DNA of 64,000 bases from Magallana gigas (Eukaryota): contig NC_088855.1 of assembly GCF_963853765.1 (NCBI RefSeq), forward strand, positions 15,438,001 through 15,502,000, given 5' to 3'. The notes beneath the pieces are model-generated. The model made no database searches, was not told the DNA's origin, and saw only the letters and a program-made list of their open reading frames with translations. Made by a program: the position numbers and the translations under genes. Shown one piece after another: positions 27,021-38,100 of the stretch. Numbering within the stretch: position 1 is the first letter of the stretch; each line of letters starts with the position of its first letter.

Positions 27021-28841
27021 AATTGGTCTTCGTCCGTCGTCGTGCGTTGTGCGTCGTGCGTCTGTGCGTCGTGCGTTAACAATTTTACATTTTTGACTTC
27101 TTCTTGAAAACTACCAGGCCAATCGTTATCGTTTTTGGTGTAAAGCATCTCTATGGTAAGAAGAATCTAAATTGTGAAATTCATGGCTCTACCACCCCTG
27201 AGGTGCCACGGGCGGGGCCAAATATGCAAAAAAAGCCAAATTTTCAAAAATCTTCTTCTCTACTCCCACGCATGTGAGGAAAAAACTAAATGCATGGTTA
27301 TGTTGTCCATGAAGCCCTCTACCAAAATTGTGAAATTTATGGCCCCTGGGTCCGGGGTTCTGGCTCTAGGGTGGGGCCAATGTGGCCATATAGTAAAAAT
27401 GTATTTAATCTTAGAAAATCTTCTTCTCTACTACCATATACATTTGTCAAAAACTAAATGCATGATTATGATGTCCATGAAGCCCTCAACCTAAATTGTG
27501 AAATTCATGACCCCTGGGTCAGGGGTTCAGGCTCTAGGGTTGGGCCAATATGGCCATATAGTAAAAATGTATTAAATCTTAGAAAATCTTCTTCTCTATT
27601 ATCATATATATTTGTCAACAACTAAATGCATGATAATGATGTCCATGAAGCCCTCAACCTAAATTGTGAAGTTCATGACCCCTTGGTCAGGGGTTCAGGC
27701 TCTAGGGTTGGGCCAATATGGCCAAATAGTAAAAATGTATTAAATCTTAGAAAATCTTCTTCTCTACCCCCATATATATTTGTTAAAAACTAAATGCATG
27801 ATTATGATGTCCATGAAGCCCTCTACCAAAATTGTGAAATTCATGACCCCTGGGTCAGGGCTTCAGGCTCTAGGGTGAGGCCAATATGGCCAAATAGTAA
27901 AAATGTATTTAATCTTAGAAAATCTTCTTCTCTACTACCATATACCGTATATTTGTTAAAAATTAAATGCATTGTTATGATGTCCATGAGGTCCTCTACC
28001 AAAATTGTGAAATTCATGACCCCTGGGTCAGGGGTTCAGGCTCTAGGGTGGGGCCAATATGGCCATATAGTAAGAAAAATTAAAATCTTAAAAAATCTTC
28101 TTCTCTACTCCCACACATGTGAGCAAAAAACTGAATACATGGTTATGATGTCCATGAGGGCCTCTACTAAAATTGTGAAATTCATGACCCCTTTGTTAGG
28201 TGTTCAGGCTCTAGGGTTGGGCCAATATGGCCATGTAGTAAAAATGTTTTAAATCTTAAAAAATCTTCTCTACTCCCACACATGTGGGCAAAAAAATGAA
28301 TACATGGTTATGATATCCACAATCTCCTTGACCTAAATTGTGAAATTCATGGCCCCTGAGTCAGGGGTTCAAAACATGAAAGGGGGGGGGGCGCAATATG
28401 GCAATATAGTGTTAATGCATATAATGTTTAAACATTTTCTTCTCTATTCTCACACATCTGTATAAAAAAACTGACTAATAATTATGTTTACCAGGAAGTC
28501 CTCTACTGAAATTTTAATTTTCATGTCCCCTCAAGGATGGGTTTTGACTCTAGGGCAGGGCCAAAATGGATGTATAGATGTTAATGCATATAACGTTAAA
28601 AAATTATTTTCTTTACTCCCACACACCTGAAAGGAAAACTGAATTCATGATTTTGTTGACCAGATCTTTTAGTTTTTCACCAAAATAATAGGTTTCACAG
28701 TTCTTTTTGAAACGTGGTCGTCATTACAAATTTATAATTTTTCTACTCCAGTATGAAACCTAATTAATTAGACTCCATGACAAGTTTGTGTATGGGATAT
28801 ATGCTACTCAGGTGACCGTTAAGGCCAATTGGCCTCTTGTT
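26984..28841 (+). mobile_element. Non-autonomous Helentron/HINE (Helitron-like) carrying ~9 copies of a ~168-bp satellite monomer (Cg170/HindIII-like)
   Basis: 5' T-run followed by hairpin AGGTCACCTGAG-TCA-CTCAGGTGACCT (26989-27015) and a (CGTCGTG)-type microsatellite. Internal tandem monomers start at about 27169, 27325, 27493, 27661, 27829, 28002, 28170, 28335 and 28509. 3' subTIR CTCAGGTGACC (28807-28817), palindrome AGGCCAATTGGCCT and CTTGTT end. This matches the described architecture of oyster satellite-bearing Helentrons; the satellite name is from recall. Confidence 0.88.
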
Positions 28842-30459
28842 CATTTTCTTAAGAGACCCTTAGAATCACCCAGTTTGTAACATGATGAGAGAAAAAAATT
28901 TCTAAATGAGTTGTATGCTAGAGTCAGTTTAATACCAGGAAGTCCAAGGAAGCAAAGTTTCTCCTATACATGTTGTTATAGAGAATTTCAAATTTCAATT
29001 CAGATTTTGATTTAATGGTCATTTAATTACATGTAACTAAACTCAAAGTAATGGAAAATGAATTCATTATAATCTCATAAAAATTGAATTTTTGCACCAC
29101 ACATATGTAGAAAAAATGCTACCAAAAAATCCACAAATATTTTTATTTGGCTGCTTTCCACGGTACAGTTTTTAATTCAACATAGTGAATTCAGGAGAAC
29201 TTTTTTTTAACAAATACTTAAATAAAAATAAAATAAAAAAAATTGTCAGATCCAAAGATACTTTTATCTGTGTTAGCTTTATATAGTGTGTGACCATAAG
29301 AGTATTTAAACTTGACCTTTTTATACCCCTGCACCATGACCATTCCAGACAGAAATCCTAATCCACGCCCTGTCTCTTTTATTTTTGTCTCTGTATCTTT
29401 TGTATCTAGATTTTGCATGAAATTCTTATTTATTTCAAATATGTTTGAATCATTTTTCTGTAAGAATTATGTTTACTTATTACGTTGCTTAAAAGGTGGC
29501 AGAAAATGCTTTTTTGTTATTATGATAATTAAATGTCTTTCAGACAGTACAAATATTACATCCCTTCTGCATCCAAATTCTGTTTTGATACATGTCTTGC
29601 CAATTTAAATATTTTCCCCCGGCTATTTTGTGGATTTTTTTGATTACTCATTATCTTGTTGCCACATGGTTTATTCTCTTGCACAGAGGGTATATTGTTC
29701 AAAATTATGATTTTTTAGAGAAAATGTTGCACTTTAAACCCCAGAAATATTATGTGGGAACACCCAATTCTTATAATTTGCAATTGTTTTCATATCAATT
29801 TTCTTTCTACATGAAGGGATGTAACTTTTGTCAACATTTAAGACAATTAATTAACCTCCCTTGCTGTGATAAATAGAGAGAAATACTGAAATAGAATATG
29901 CATGTTTTGCATTTAATATTTATTTGTAGTGTTGATTTATCTGCGATGAAATTACAAAGAGCTGTAATATATGTAAAAATTGTTATTGTGTTAAATGTTA
30001 AAGCCTTGAAACAAAAGGTATGTGTTATGTTTGTTGCTTCAATGAAATTGTGATCTGTTATTGTGGTTATTTTTAGAAGAGTAATGTGCTTTTGTTAATT
30101 ATATGTAAACAGTTTGATTTAGCATTGATGAAATTTGTCCAGGCTTTATGACTGGTAATCTAGCAAGTGTAACACCCACATTGTGAACTTAGATGCCTCA
30201 TGATGATGATGTTGGGCATATTTATATAAAGCGGCATGATAGCAACAAGTTTTCTGATAACTGTACTATAACTTTTTTTTCCAAAGCCTTGCAAAATTAC
30301 TTACCAAAATTTGCTGTATAATATACCGGTATATATTTTAGGCTGTTTTGGGGCTTTGAAATGTACTCAAGAGTTTATATTTGAAAATTTAGAGCTACCA
30401 CATATTCATGTAGAATAAGTGAAAATTCTTGAAGATGTTGATTCCTTATTGACAAAGTT

Positions 30460-30462
<3 letters not shown>

Positions 30463-30532
<70 letters not shown>
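30463..30532. repeat. (TC)n microsatellite
   Basis: About 35 TC units. Confidence 0.99.
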
Positions 30533-30534
<2 letters not shown>

Positions 30535-32104
30535 TGCACCATACATAATACCATAATCCTATTGAGAGGGAGGACAATCTCATATACATGTATTTAGTAT
30601 GATATATGTATAATGTACTACCAGTATTTTAATCAATTAAGCAGTGGGATTAGAGGGGAATAATAAATACATTCTATATAGGACACCATATTTTAGAATA
30701 TCATTTTGCTGACTCATTTTGAAACACTATACACTGTACAAAATTTGAAGAACAATTAATGCTTGGGTTTGAAGGGAAACAACTTATGGAGAGAGGAATT
30801 TGAACTTGATGGTTAAGTTTTGATATTGAACAAAACAAACACATATAGTACTTCATAAAATCCACAATTTACATAGATTTGTTACATCAAGATTACTATT
30901 ATTTTTTTAATGGTTAAAAAATTCTGATGCATTTACATGGGTCTTACTTCCTGAAATGTATTGTGTAGGCATTGTGGCTTCTAAAGTTTGAGTCTGTAGA
31001 GTCTATGCTATAGAGTCTTTGTCCCTGGCCTTTTTATCCCTTTTACATGTAGCTGTGTTGTCTGTTGTGTATTCTGTGGGCAGTAAACGCCCTCGGGAGG
31101 TCAACCAAAACAATAAAGAATTTATATAGTGGAGGTTTTATATGTTACTTAAATTATGATATCAGTTGTTATCAGTTTCTATTAATAAATTTATTGATCC
31201 CTGTTTTACTTTTCTTTTAATACCACAAAAATGTTGTGCGACATGTTTGATTAGAAACATGATTTGGCTGAGTGCTGAAATGTGTTACGTACTCTTGAAT
31301 ATAATGTATCGTAGAGGGACGGTTGTACAATTTTAATAGCAGTAAAACTGAACTGTATATATATAATCATGTAGCGTTACATGTATACTGCTGAATGTTG
31401 TTAGAGAAGACAGGCAGTCATATATGGCATGAAAGATCGTAGTAATGGAATAATTCGTGTTAATTCACAAAATTTGCAGTAAACTCGCCCAATTTTATGC
31501 ATGGTATAATAAAAATCGTTTTGGGGTAAACCTTGAGAAAAACTTCATAACTTTAGTTTGTCTGATAAACATGATCAAAGTCTAGATATGTAAAGATTGT
31601 ATATTTAATGAAAAACCTTATTGATATACATGTACATGTAAATACTATCATGACCAGTCGTTACGTTAATGTTTCTAATGTTTACGCGTAAATGAACCGA
31701 TATTGTGACATAAATTACGTTTGACGATGTGGTCTTAATCTGCACCCCCCCCCCTTCCAAATATTTTGATAAAGAAGCGTGATATACAGATTGTGAGATA
31801 TATTTTACTGGTTTAGGATAAGACTGGAAGATACGGCCGCTAGGAGTATTGATTTTCACACCTATCCGATGACACCGTAATTGTCTGCCTGGCAGGCTCC
31901 GTAATTACGATTAATGATCAAGAGCCAATTATCAGCCGATAACGGACCAGAAAAAACTCCTAATTAGCGGTAATTAACGCAGTCAGTCCGCCTATACAAA
32001 CACTGATGAACAGACAGACATCTGGTCATTGCATGTCTGTCTGTCGTCCTCATCTGTGAGTATCGAGAGTGACTCCAAGCCCGACGCGTCAGCTGATTAA
32101 CGAG

Positions 32105-32112
32105 TATATAAA
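32105..32112 (+). promoter_or_regulatory. TATA box of the orphan gene
   Basis: TATATAAA 78 bp upstream of the ATG, preceded by a GC-richer, motif-dense upstream region. Confidence 0.65.
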
Positions 32113-32182
32113 GTAGTCTATAAAATCAGGTACATAGATATCGTTCCTATCAATTCTCAGTCGACTTTTGAATAGTATAGCC

Positions 32183-32527
32183 ATGTCTGCCATGTATAAG
32201 TTTGATATGTACGCTGATCTGTATGAGGCGGAGAGCCGACTACAGAATGCTCATCGTCAAGTGTATGCTCTGAACGCGAGGCTCGCGGACCTCGAAGCTC
32301 GCTACGGTAAGGCTCTTCAAAGTGGAAACAGAGTGTATAGGTACAGACTCAGGATGAAGATCATCACCATAGAGGGGCTAATGAACGCCTACTACGAGTA
32401 CACGCTGCTGAAGAAAGAGGAAATAAAGGACCTTCGCTTCAAGCTGTTTGGTGAAGAGGACGAGTTGGAAGACGAGGATGAGGAAGACGAGGAGGGAGAG
32501 GAGGAGGAAACTGAAGTGGAAGAATGA
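32183..32527 (+). CDS. Intronless uncharacterised 114-aa protein (N-terminal coiled coil, basic-aromatic core, acidic tail)
   Basis: GCC-ATG start (a second in-frame GCC-ATG at 32192), GC-rich coding-like composition against AT-rich flanks, TATA box upstream, AATAAA at 32924-32929 followed by a GT/T-rich downstream element. Protein: MSAMYKFDMYADLYEAESRLQNAHRQVYALNARLADLEARYGKALQSGNRVYRYRLRMKIITIEGLMNAYYEYTLLKKEEIKDLRFKLFGEEDELEDEDEEDEEGEEEETEVEE. Confidence 0.8.
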   Translation: MSAMYKFDMYADLYEAESRLQNAHRQVYALNARLADLEARYGKALQSGNRVYRYRLRMKIITIEGLMNAYYEYTLLKKEEIKDLRFKLFGEEDELEDEDEEDEEGEEEETEVEE

Positions 32528-32715
32528 GTTCCTTGTTGGAAGAATGAGGTTCATTTATGAAGACTGAGATCCAACTCTTATGAAGAATGAGATCATCGTA
32601 GAAAGAATGGGATCCTTGTAGGAAGAATGAGGTCCATGTAGGAAGAACTAGGTTCACGTACGGAAGAAGAATGAAGTCCAAGTCCTCGTGTGAAGAATAA
32701 GGTCCAAGTCGAAAG
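32518..32715 (+). repeat. Degenerate ~20-bp tandem repeat (GAAGAATGAGGTCCTTGTAG), ~9 copies
   Basis: Starts at the last codons and stop of the orphan ORF and continues into its 3' UTR. Confidence 0.75.
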
Positions 32716-34164
32716 AGGTATGCTGCAACCCATCGAGAGAGCATCCCTTGTCCCACGTTGTCTTGTTGATGTGTATGATCACTTACAGCTGCCTGTGCCC
32801 TGAAAATAGGCACCGTCAGAGCCTGGACAAGCCGTCGGGACGTAAGGACTCTATTCCACCAACAGTGACAAACTGAAAGAAACAAAGTAACGAATTTTTG
32901 TTGAATTCCATTGTGTTACTATCAATAAACGAGAAGAACGTATATATTTCAGTTTTTTGGTTGTTGTTGTTGGTTGTTTTTTTTTTTTTGAAGCCACGTT
33001 TTAGAAGATGGACCCACTGTTTATAAATTAGATTATTTACAGATGGATTATATTAAATGTAGAGATATTAAGAAAAACTATATATCTAATTTATCTTATA
33101 TCCCTTAAGAAAGGATAATGGACATATACCGTAGTATCCATGCATACTTGTTCTTGAACATGTTCTGAAATAATTTCGAAACAATTCCATAGTATTATAC
33201 TCATAACACCTTCCTTCAATCAAATGCTTCACATTGGTACAGTTTTTGAGGATGACCTGACCAGGCTCAAGGACCATGATGCTGTCTCAGGCTAAATAGT
33301 CATAATTTATACACCTTTATTTTTTTTTAAATCATTAAATGCCACCATATTAAGTTTCTAAAGAATCGTTTTCTTACATTGACCTGCATACACAATTCAA
33401 ACATGCACCGATCTGTAAATCAATTAATATTTGGTGAATTGCCGAAATTTTAAAGATTGGACTGAAAGATTCAAAAAATTTCCTCTCTATCGTGTGCAGT
33501 TCTGCACAATTTATTTTTAAGTATAGTCGTGTTTTGACAAGTGACAATGCAAGACCGTTACGGAGAAATACATGCACCTTTACGATCTGCACTGTGACCG
33601 CTGGCGGTTCCCAATTTGCTTTTTGCTACGATAAAAGTAATGATGCATTTAGCAGAATGATTTTTTTGAATTGTCAAACCTATAAGTATAGCAAATGTTC
33701 ATTATGAATATTATATTAGGTCTAAGTGCAGTTTCTTAATTGGCATGCGTGCATCCAATAAAATTCCGGTGATGGGGGTCCGAGGGAATATTTTGCTTGC
33801 GATAAATGAAAAAAAAAATGGAATGAAAACCCCTTCTTAGATCCATTAATCCGTTGTTGTTTTTGTAATTTGAAATACTTAATCATAATTGCGAACAATA
33901 TAGATTCATCGAGGATATTTTGAGAAGCATAAATCGGGTTAAAAATATTTACCCTGCGCGGGTCTAAGTGGGGTCGATAACCCCCCCTCCGCCTCCATTG
34001 AAAAATTAAAATAAATTCACATAGTAAAAATTCTCGAAAATAGGCCACGGCCTCTCAATGGAAAACAAGATTATCTCTCGGACACCCCCTGAAAAACATG
34101 TTCGTCTAAAGGCCCGAAAAGTTCGGCTGTTGTCAAAAGTTTTTAGGACAACTTATCTAGGCCC

Positions 34165-34264
34165 GGTACTTCCTGTTAACGCATGCGCATGAGATTTTAA
34201 GCGCAATATTTTGAAAGCGATGTTGATGTTTTGATAATTTTCTGGTTTTTGTACTGAAAGACAG
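34165..34264 (+). promoter_or_regulatory. NCAPD2 promoter and non-coding first exon
   Basis: ETS-like ACTTCCTG (34168-34175), NRF1-like ACGCATGCGCAT (34179-34190), CHR-like TTTGAA (34210-34215), donor CAG|GTAACC at 34264/34265. The next exon (acceptor 35130) carries the ATG. Confidence 0.6.
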
Positions 34265-34889
34265 GTAACCAATTAAATTTATTTAATTTCATCAAATGAT
34301 TTATATAGGCAAAAGTTTAAAACAACATGTTGAATGAATTTAACCCCTGTTTTACTCGTCCATTGTGGACCACTAAGTGTTCATCAATTCACATTTGTTG
34401 ATAGCCTAATGAAATGAAAGAAGGAATACATATAAACTCTAAAGTTGGTTTTAGTTACCTAAAAGTGACTTTTTCACTACTGTTTGATTCCGATCTTTGC
34501 ATGTTACAGTTAATAAACACGACAACAGCCAACCAAGTGTGACGGACTATTATTGTCTTGTGTCTTTTTATTATACAAAACAAGATGTTTTATAGCAGAG
34601 CCCTCGTTAGCCTTTTACTTTGTATGGGACTGCATTTATGTTTTACTTATAATAATTTTTCTCTGCACCAATCTTCGGAGACAGGGATAATCATGAAAAT
34701 ATATATCAAAAGCGTTGTGACAGTCTGAGGCAACTGATCACCAGAAAGAAGTTTGAAAACACCTGACTAGAGATTCACGGGGGCTGGGTTCCAGCCCTCT
34801 CTTTCAGGTCATTATTTCTTCCATTCTGTTACATTTGGTGCCAAGAGCGGAATTTCTTACAGGGTAAAGATTCAGGAATGTTGATCACT

Positions 34890-34955
34890 GGATGGCTCAG
34901 TTGGTAGAGTACTAAACTATAGAGTTTCAGGGGGTTCAAATTCCACTCTGATCTG
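34890..34955 (+). pseudogene. tRNA-derived fragment (SINE head or tRNA pseudogene)
   Basis: A-box TGGCTCAGTTGGTAGAG and B-box GGTTCAAATTCC at tRNA-like spacing, followed by a T-run. The acceptor and anticodon stems do not pair, so it is not a functional tRNA. Confidence 0.55.
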
Positions 34956-35139
34956 TTATTTTTACTCACATATCCCAACCCATTACAGTATGGATTAATT
35001 TACCTCAACTTGGAAGCTACAGCTTCCAATATCTTTACACCTTTATAAATATACTTCTTTAAAGATTGTTTCTCTCTACTGCAAGCAAACTGTAAATATT
35101 TATTAAAATATGTGCACTTTTCTTCATTAGGAGTTCAAG

Positions 35140-38100
35140 ATGAGTTTTGAGTTTATCATTCCATCACAAAAAGATGACCTTCTGAACAAAACAGAAATCA
35201 ATCAGTATGTGGTGGATGAGGTGTTGTCGTTCCGAGAGATTCCCAGTGCTTTGCAGTGTAAGTTGATTATGTTTTAATTGTAAAGATGCCATACATTGTA
35301 ATGTATACTGCCTGTTTAAAAAAAAAAATTCGCTTACACTACTAAGATACATACAAAATTAACACTTTTTTTAGATTTTTTATTAAATGGTGACTAAGAT
35401 TGAAAGTTTTAAAATGAGCATTCTTATGTACAGTTTTTTACTATGTAAAAAATGATGATGATTGCATGGAGTTTTTTAAGTAAATTCTTTTTCTTGCAGC
35501 TGTGAAGAGCAGTTTTCGCAGTAATGGGACTCAATGTTTACTTGAAAAGTTTGATGTGTTTTTCAGTATAATTATGTAAGTCATGATCTGACATTTTTAC
35601 ATTAATACCATTTTGATAAGTCTTAGAAAACGTTAAGACCCTTGCATCATACCTAAGAGTTGGAGCCATTGCAACATTTTAGTAAAAATTAGGAAATTTG
35701 AATTAGAAATAGGTCTATTTGACAATCCCAATTAAAGAAAATTTATATGATCCTTGCTGTTTGTTTAGAATATTTATAAAGTAGAGAACATCTTAACAAA
35801 ATTAATAAATTGATAAATTTGTCAACTGTTGATACATGTACTTAATTAAATATGCATCAGATAGGGACTTATCAATGAACAATTTGAATCGTAATATGCT
35901 ATGTGTTGTTGCAGTTTGAAGAAAGATGTGAAACCAGATTTAAAAGAAGATGCCTGGCAGTTAATTTTAAAAGGTAAAATACTGCCAACAACATTTTCTG
36001 ATTGAGTGGAGGTGTTAATTACCATACATTCTTGTTTACATTATTCACTTTATCTACAAAAATTCAAATGGAAAAAAAGATCAACATGCACATCATGTAC
36101 ACTTTATAAAAATCATGTATATGCAGACCAATTTGTATGGTTATTATTATTATACATGTGACTTAACAGCATGTGTAGATTTATACACAAAATCTGACAG
36201 TTGGTAAAAATATTCTTTATGAATAAAAATTTTGATAGTACTGTCAATCATATTCAACAAACAAAATATTGAACCACAATATTGTCAGGTTTTATATTTG
36301 CATCAAATTTTGTAGTTGGCAAGTCATTGGCCACAGAGGTAGCAGGTGTGTTGGAGGACACATCCCTGGAACCAGGGTCTCGCCTGGCGCACCTGAACCA
36401 GGTGAAAATGTTGTGTTACCTGCTCTGTCAGTACATGGAAATGTTTGAAGACGACAGCAATGAAAAATCAGATGTCATCACAACAGGAAAGGTAAACAAT
36501 GATCTGTTTTATATGTTAATTGTGTGTACACTGAAATATATTCCCTGAGAGATACATTAATTTATTTATTTGTCAATAGCATTGAAAAAGTGTACATTTA
36601 TGAAGAAATAGAGTAATTTGTCTATTGATTGTATTCAGGGTCGAAAGAACAAGAAATCAACTGACATGGCTATTGACTGGGAGGTGGAGAGAGAAAACGG
36701 AGTCAAGACACTGCTTCACTTGGTCTCGCTGAATATTTTGAGGCTCTGGGATCCACCAATCGCAGAAGTAGAATTTGTCAAGTAAGTCTTTAAACCACAA
36801 AATATTCAGAAACAATGTAGAATATTGTACAAGATAATGTAGTAGACTGAATCCAAAGTTTTCTAGAGATGTTTCAGTTGTAATAATTATGTCCTTGTAT
36901 ATTTGTTTTACAGCATGATAACAAACTTGGTGTACAAACTACTGGAGAATCCACACATTGTGTATGTGAAGGCTAAGGAGACAAGGACTGCAATATTTAA
37001 CATTGTAGGAGTTATGGTGAAGCGTTACAACCATGCACTCAGTAAGTGGAGTTGATGCACAAAGTACAGTCAAACTTTGTTATCCTGAACTAGATAATAC
37101 TGTTTAATAACTTCAAGATATTTGCGATATCGAAGTAAAATACTATAAAAATAAGTGGTTGGGACTTACAATCACTTCGACATATCCATTGTATTCGAGA
37201 TATTGAAGTTCAAATGTAGTTTATATTCATGTATAGATATTATTTCAGATCAGTCATGTTCCTTCTTGATTTTATTGAATATAATGTGGAAGCCACTAGT
37301 TTAGATATTTGTTTTTTTTACTAATGAGGCTCCTAATGCAAAAACAGTTAAGAAAACTATATTACAGAACCTTCTCAGAACCAATTTCGGGGAAGAGTTT
37401 TATTTACATGTACATGTACGGAATATGAGAAAAGTTAGAAAATGGTTTTTGAATCTTTTTTGTGTAAATTTGAGATTTGCCGCTGACAGTACTGACACTC
37501 GCTATGGAATATGAATATTTGATGTACACATATAAATTTGAATACTAGTACCAGATTATCATGCCATTGATGCTAAAGAGTGCTTTAAAATGATGTAATA
37601 AAGCTGCTCATCATATTACCACCATTAGGCACCATACATTTCCTTACTGGAATTGATTTGTGTACCTGACAGGTGCCAGTCTGAAGATTCTACAGCAGCT
37701 CCAGCACTTTGAGCACCTGGTGTCCCCCCTGGCAGAAATGACCAGCATCATCACCACAGAGTACGGCAACAAGAGCGTAGTGGCAGAGATCATGAGGGAG
37801 GTGGGCAGGAAGGATCCAAAGGACCTGGTCCGAGACAACACTGGAACAAAGTCATTTGCCACCTTTCTTGTGGAGTTGTCCGAGAAAGTTCCTGGAGTGA
37901 TGATGTCCAACATTAGTGTGGTCCTCTGTCACTTAGAGGGAGAGGTAAGCAAGGGTGTTGTGTATTCATATTGGGTGATGAGATTCTTAACTGTCATATG
38001 ATTGTATTTTTACTTTCCACTAGATGATCCCAGCACTGATTGATAAAATTTAAACAGATTTAATAATAATGTGATGACTTGACAATCTGAATTGTCATGC

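Noticed and set aside
27174-28252. ORFs of 106 and 152 aa in the Helentron
   Set aside because: Products of 168-bp (multiple of 3) satellite monomers; repetitive peptides with no Rep or helicase motifs.
32439-32885. 148-aa minus-strand ORF overlapping the orphan gene
   Set aside because: Antisense shadow of the Glu/Asp codons and the 3' repeat array; non-ATG start, and promoter and poly(A) signals support the plus strand.
34890-34955. Functional tRNA gene (also the segments near 49745-49808 and 50040-50098)
   Set aside because: A/B boxes are present but the acceptor and anticodon stems do not pair into a cloverleaf; treated as tRNA-derived repeats.
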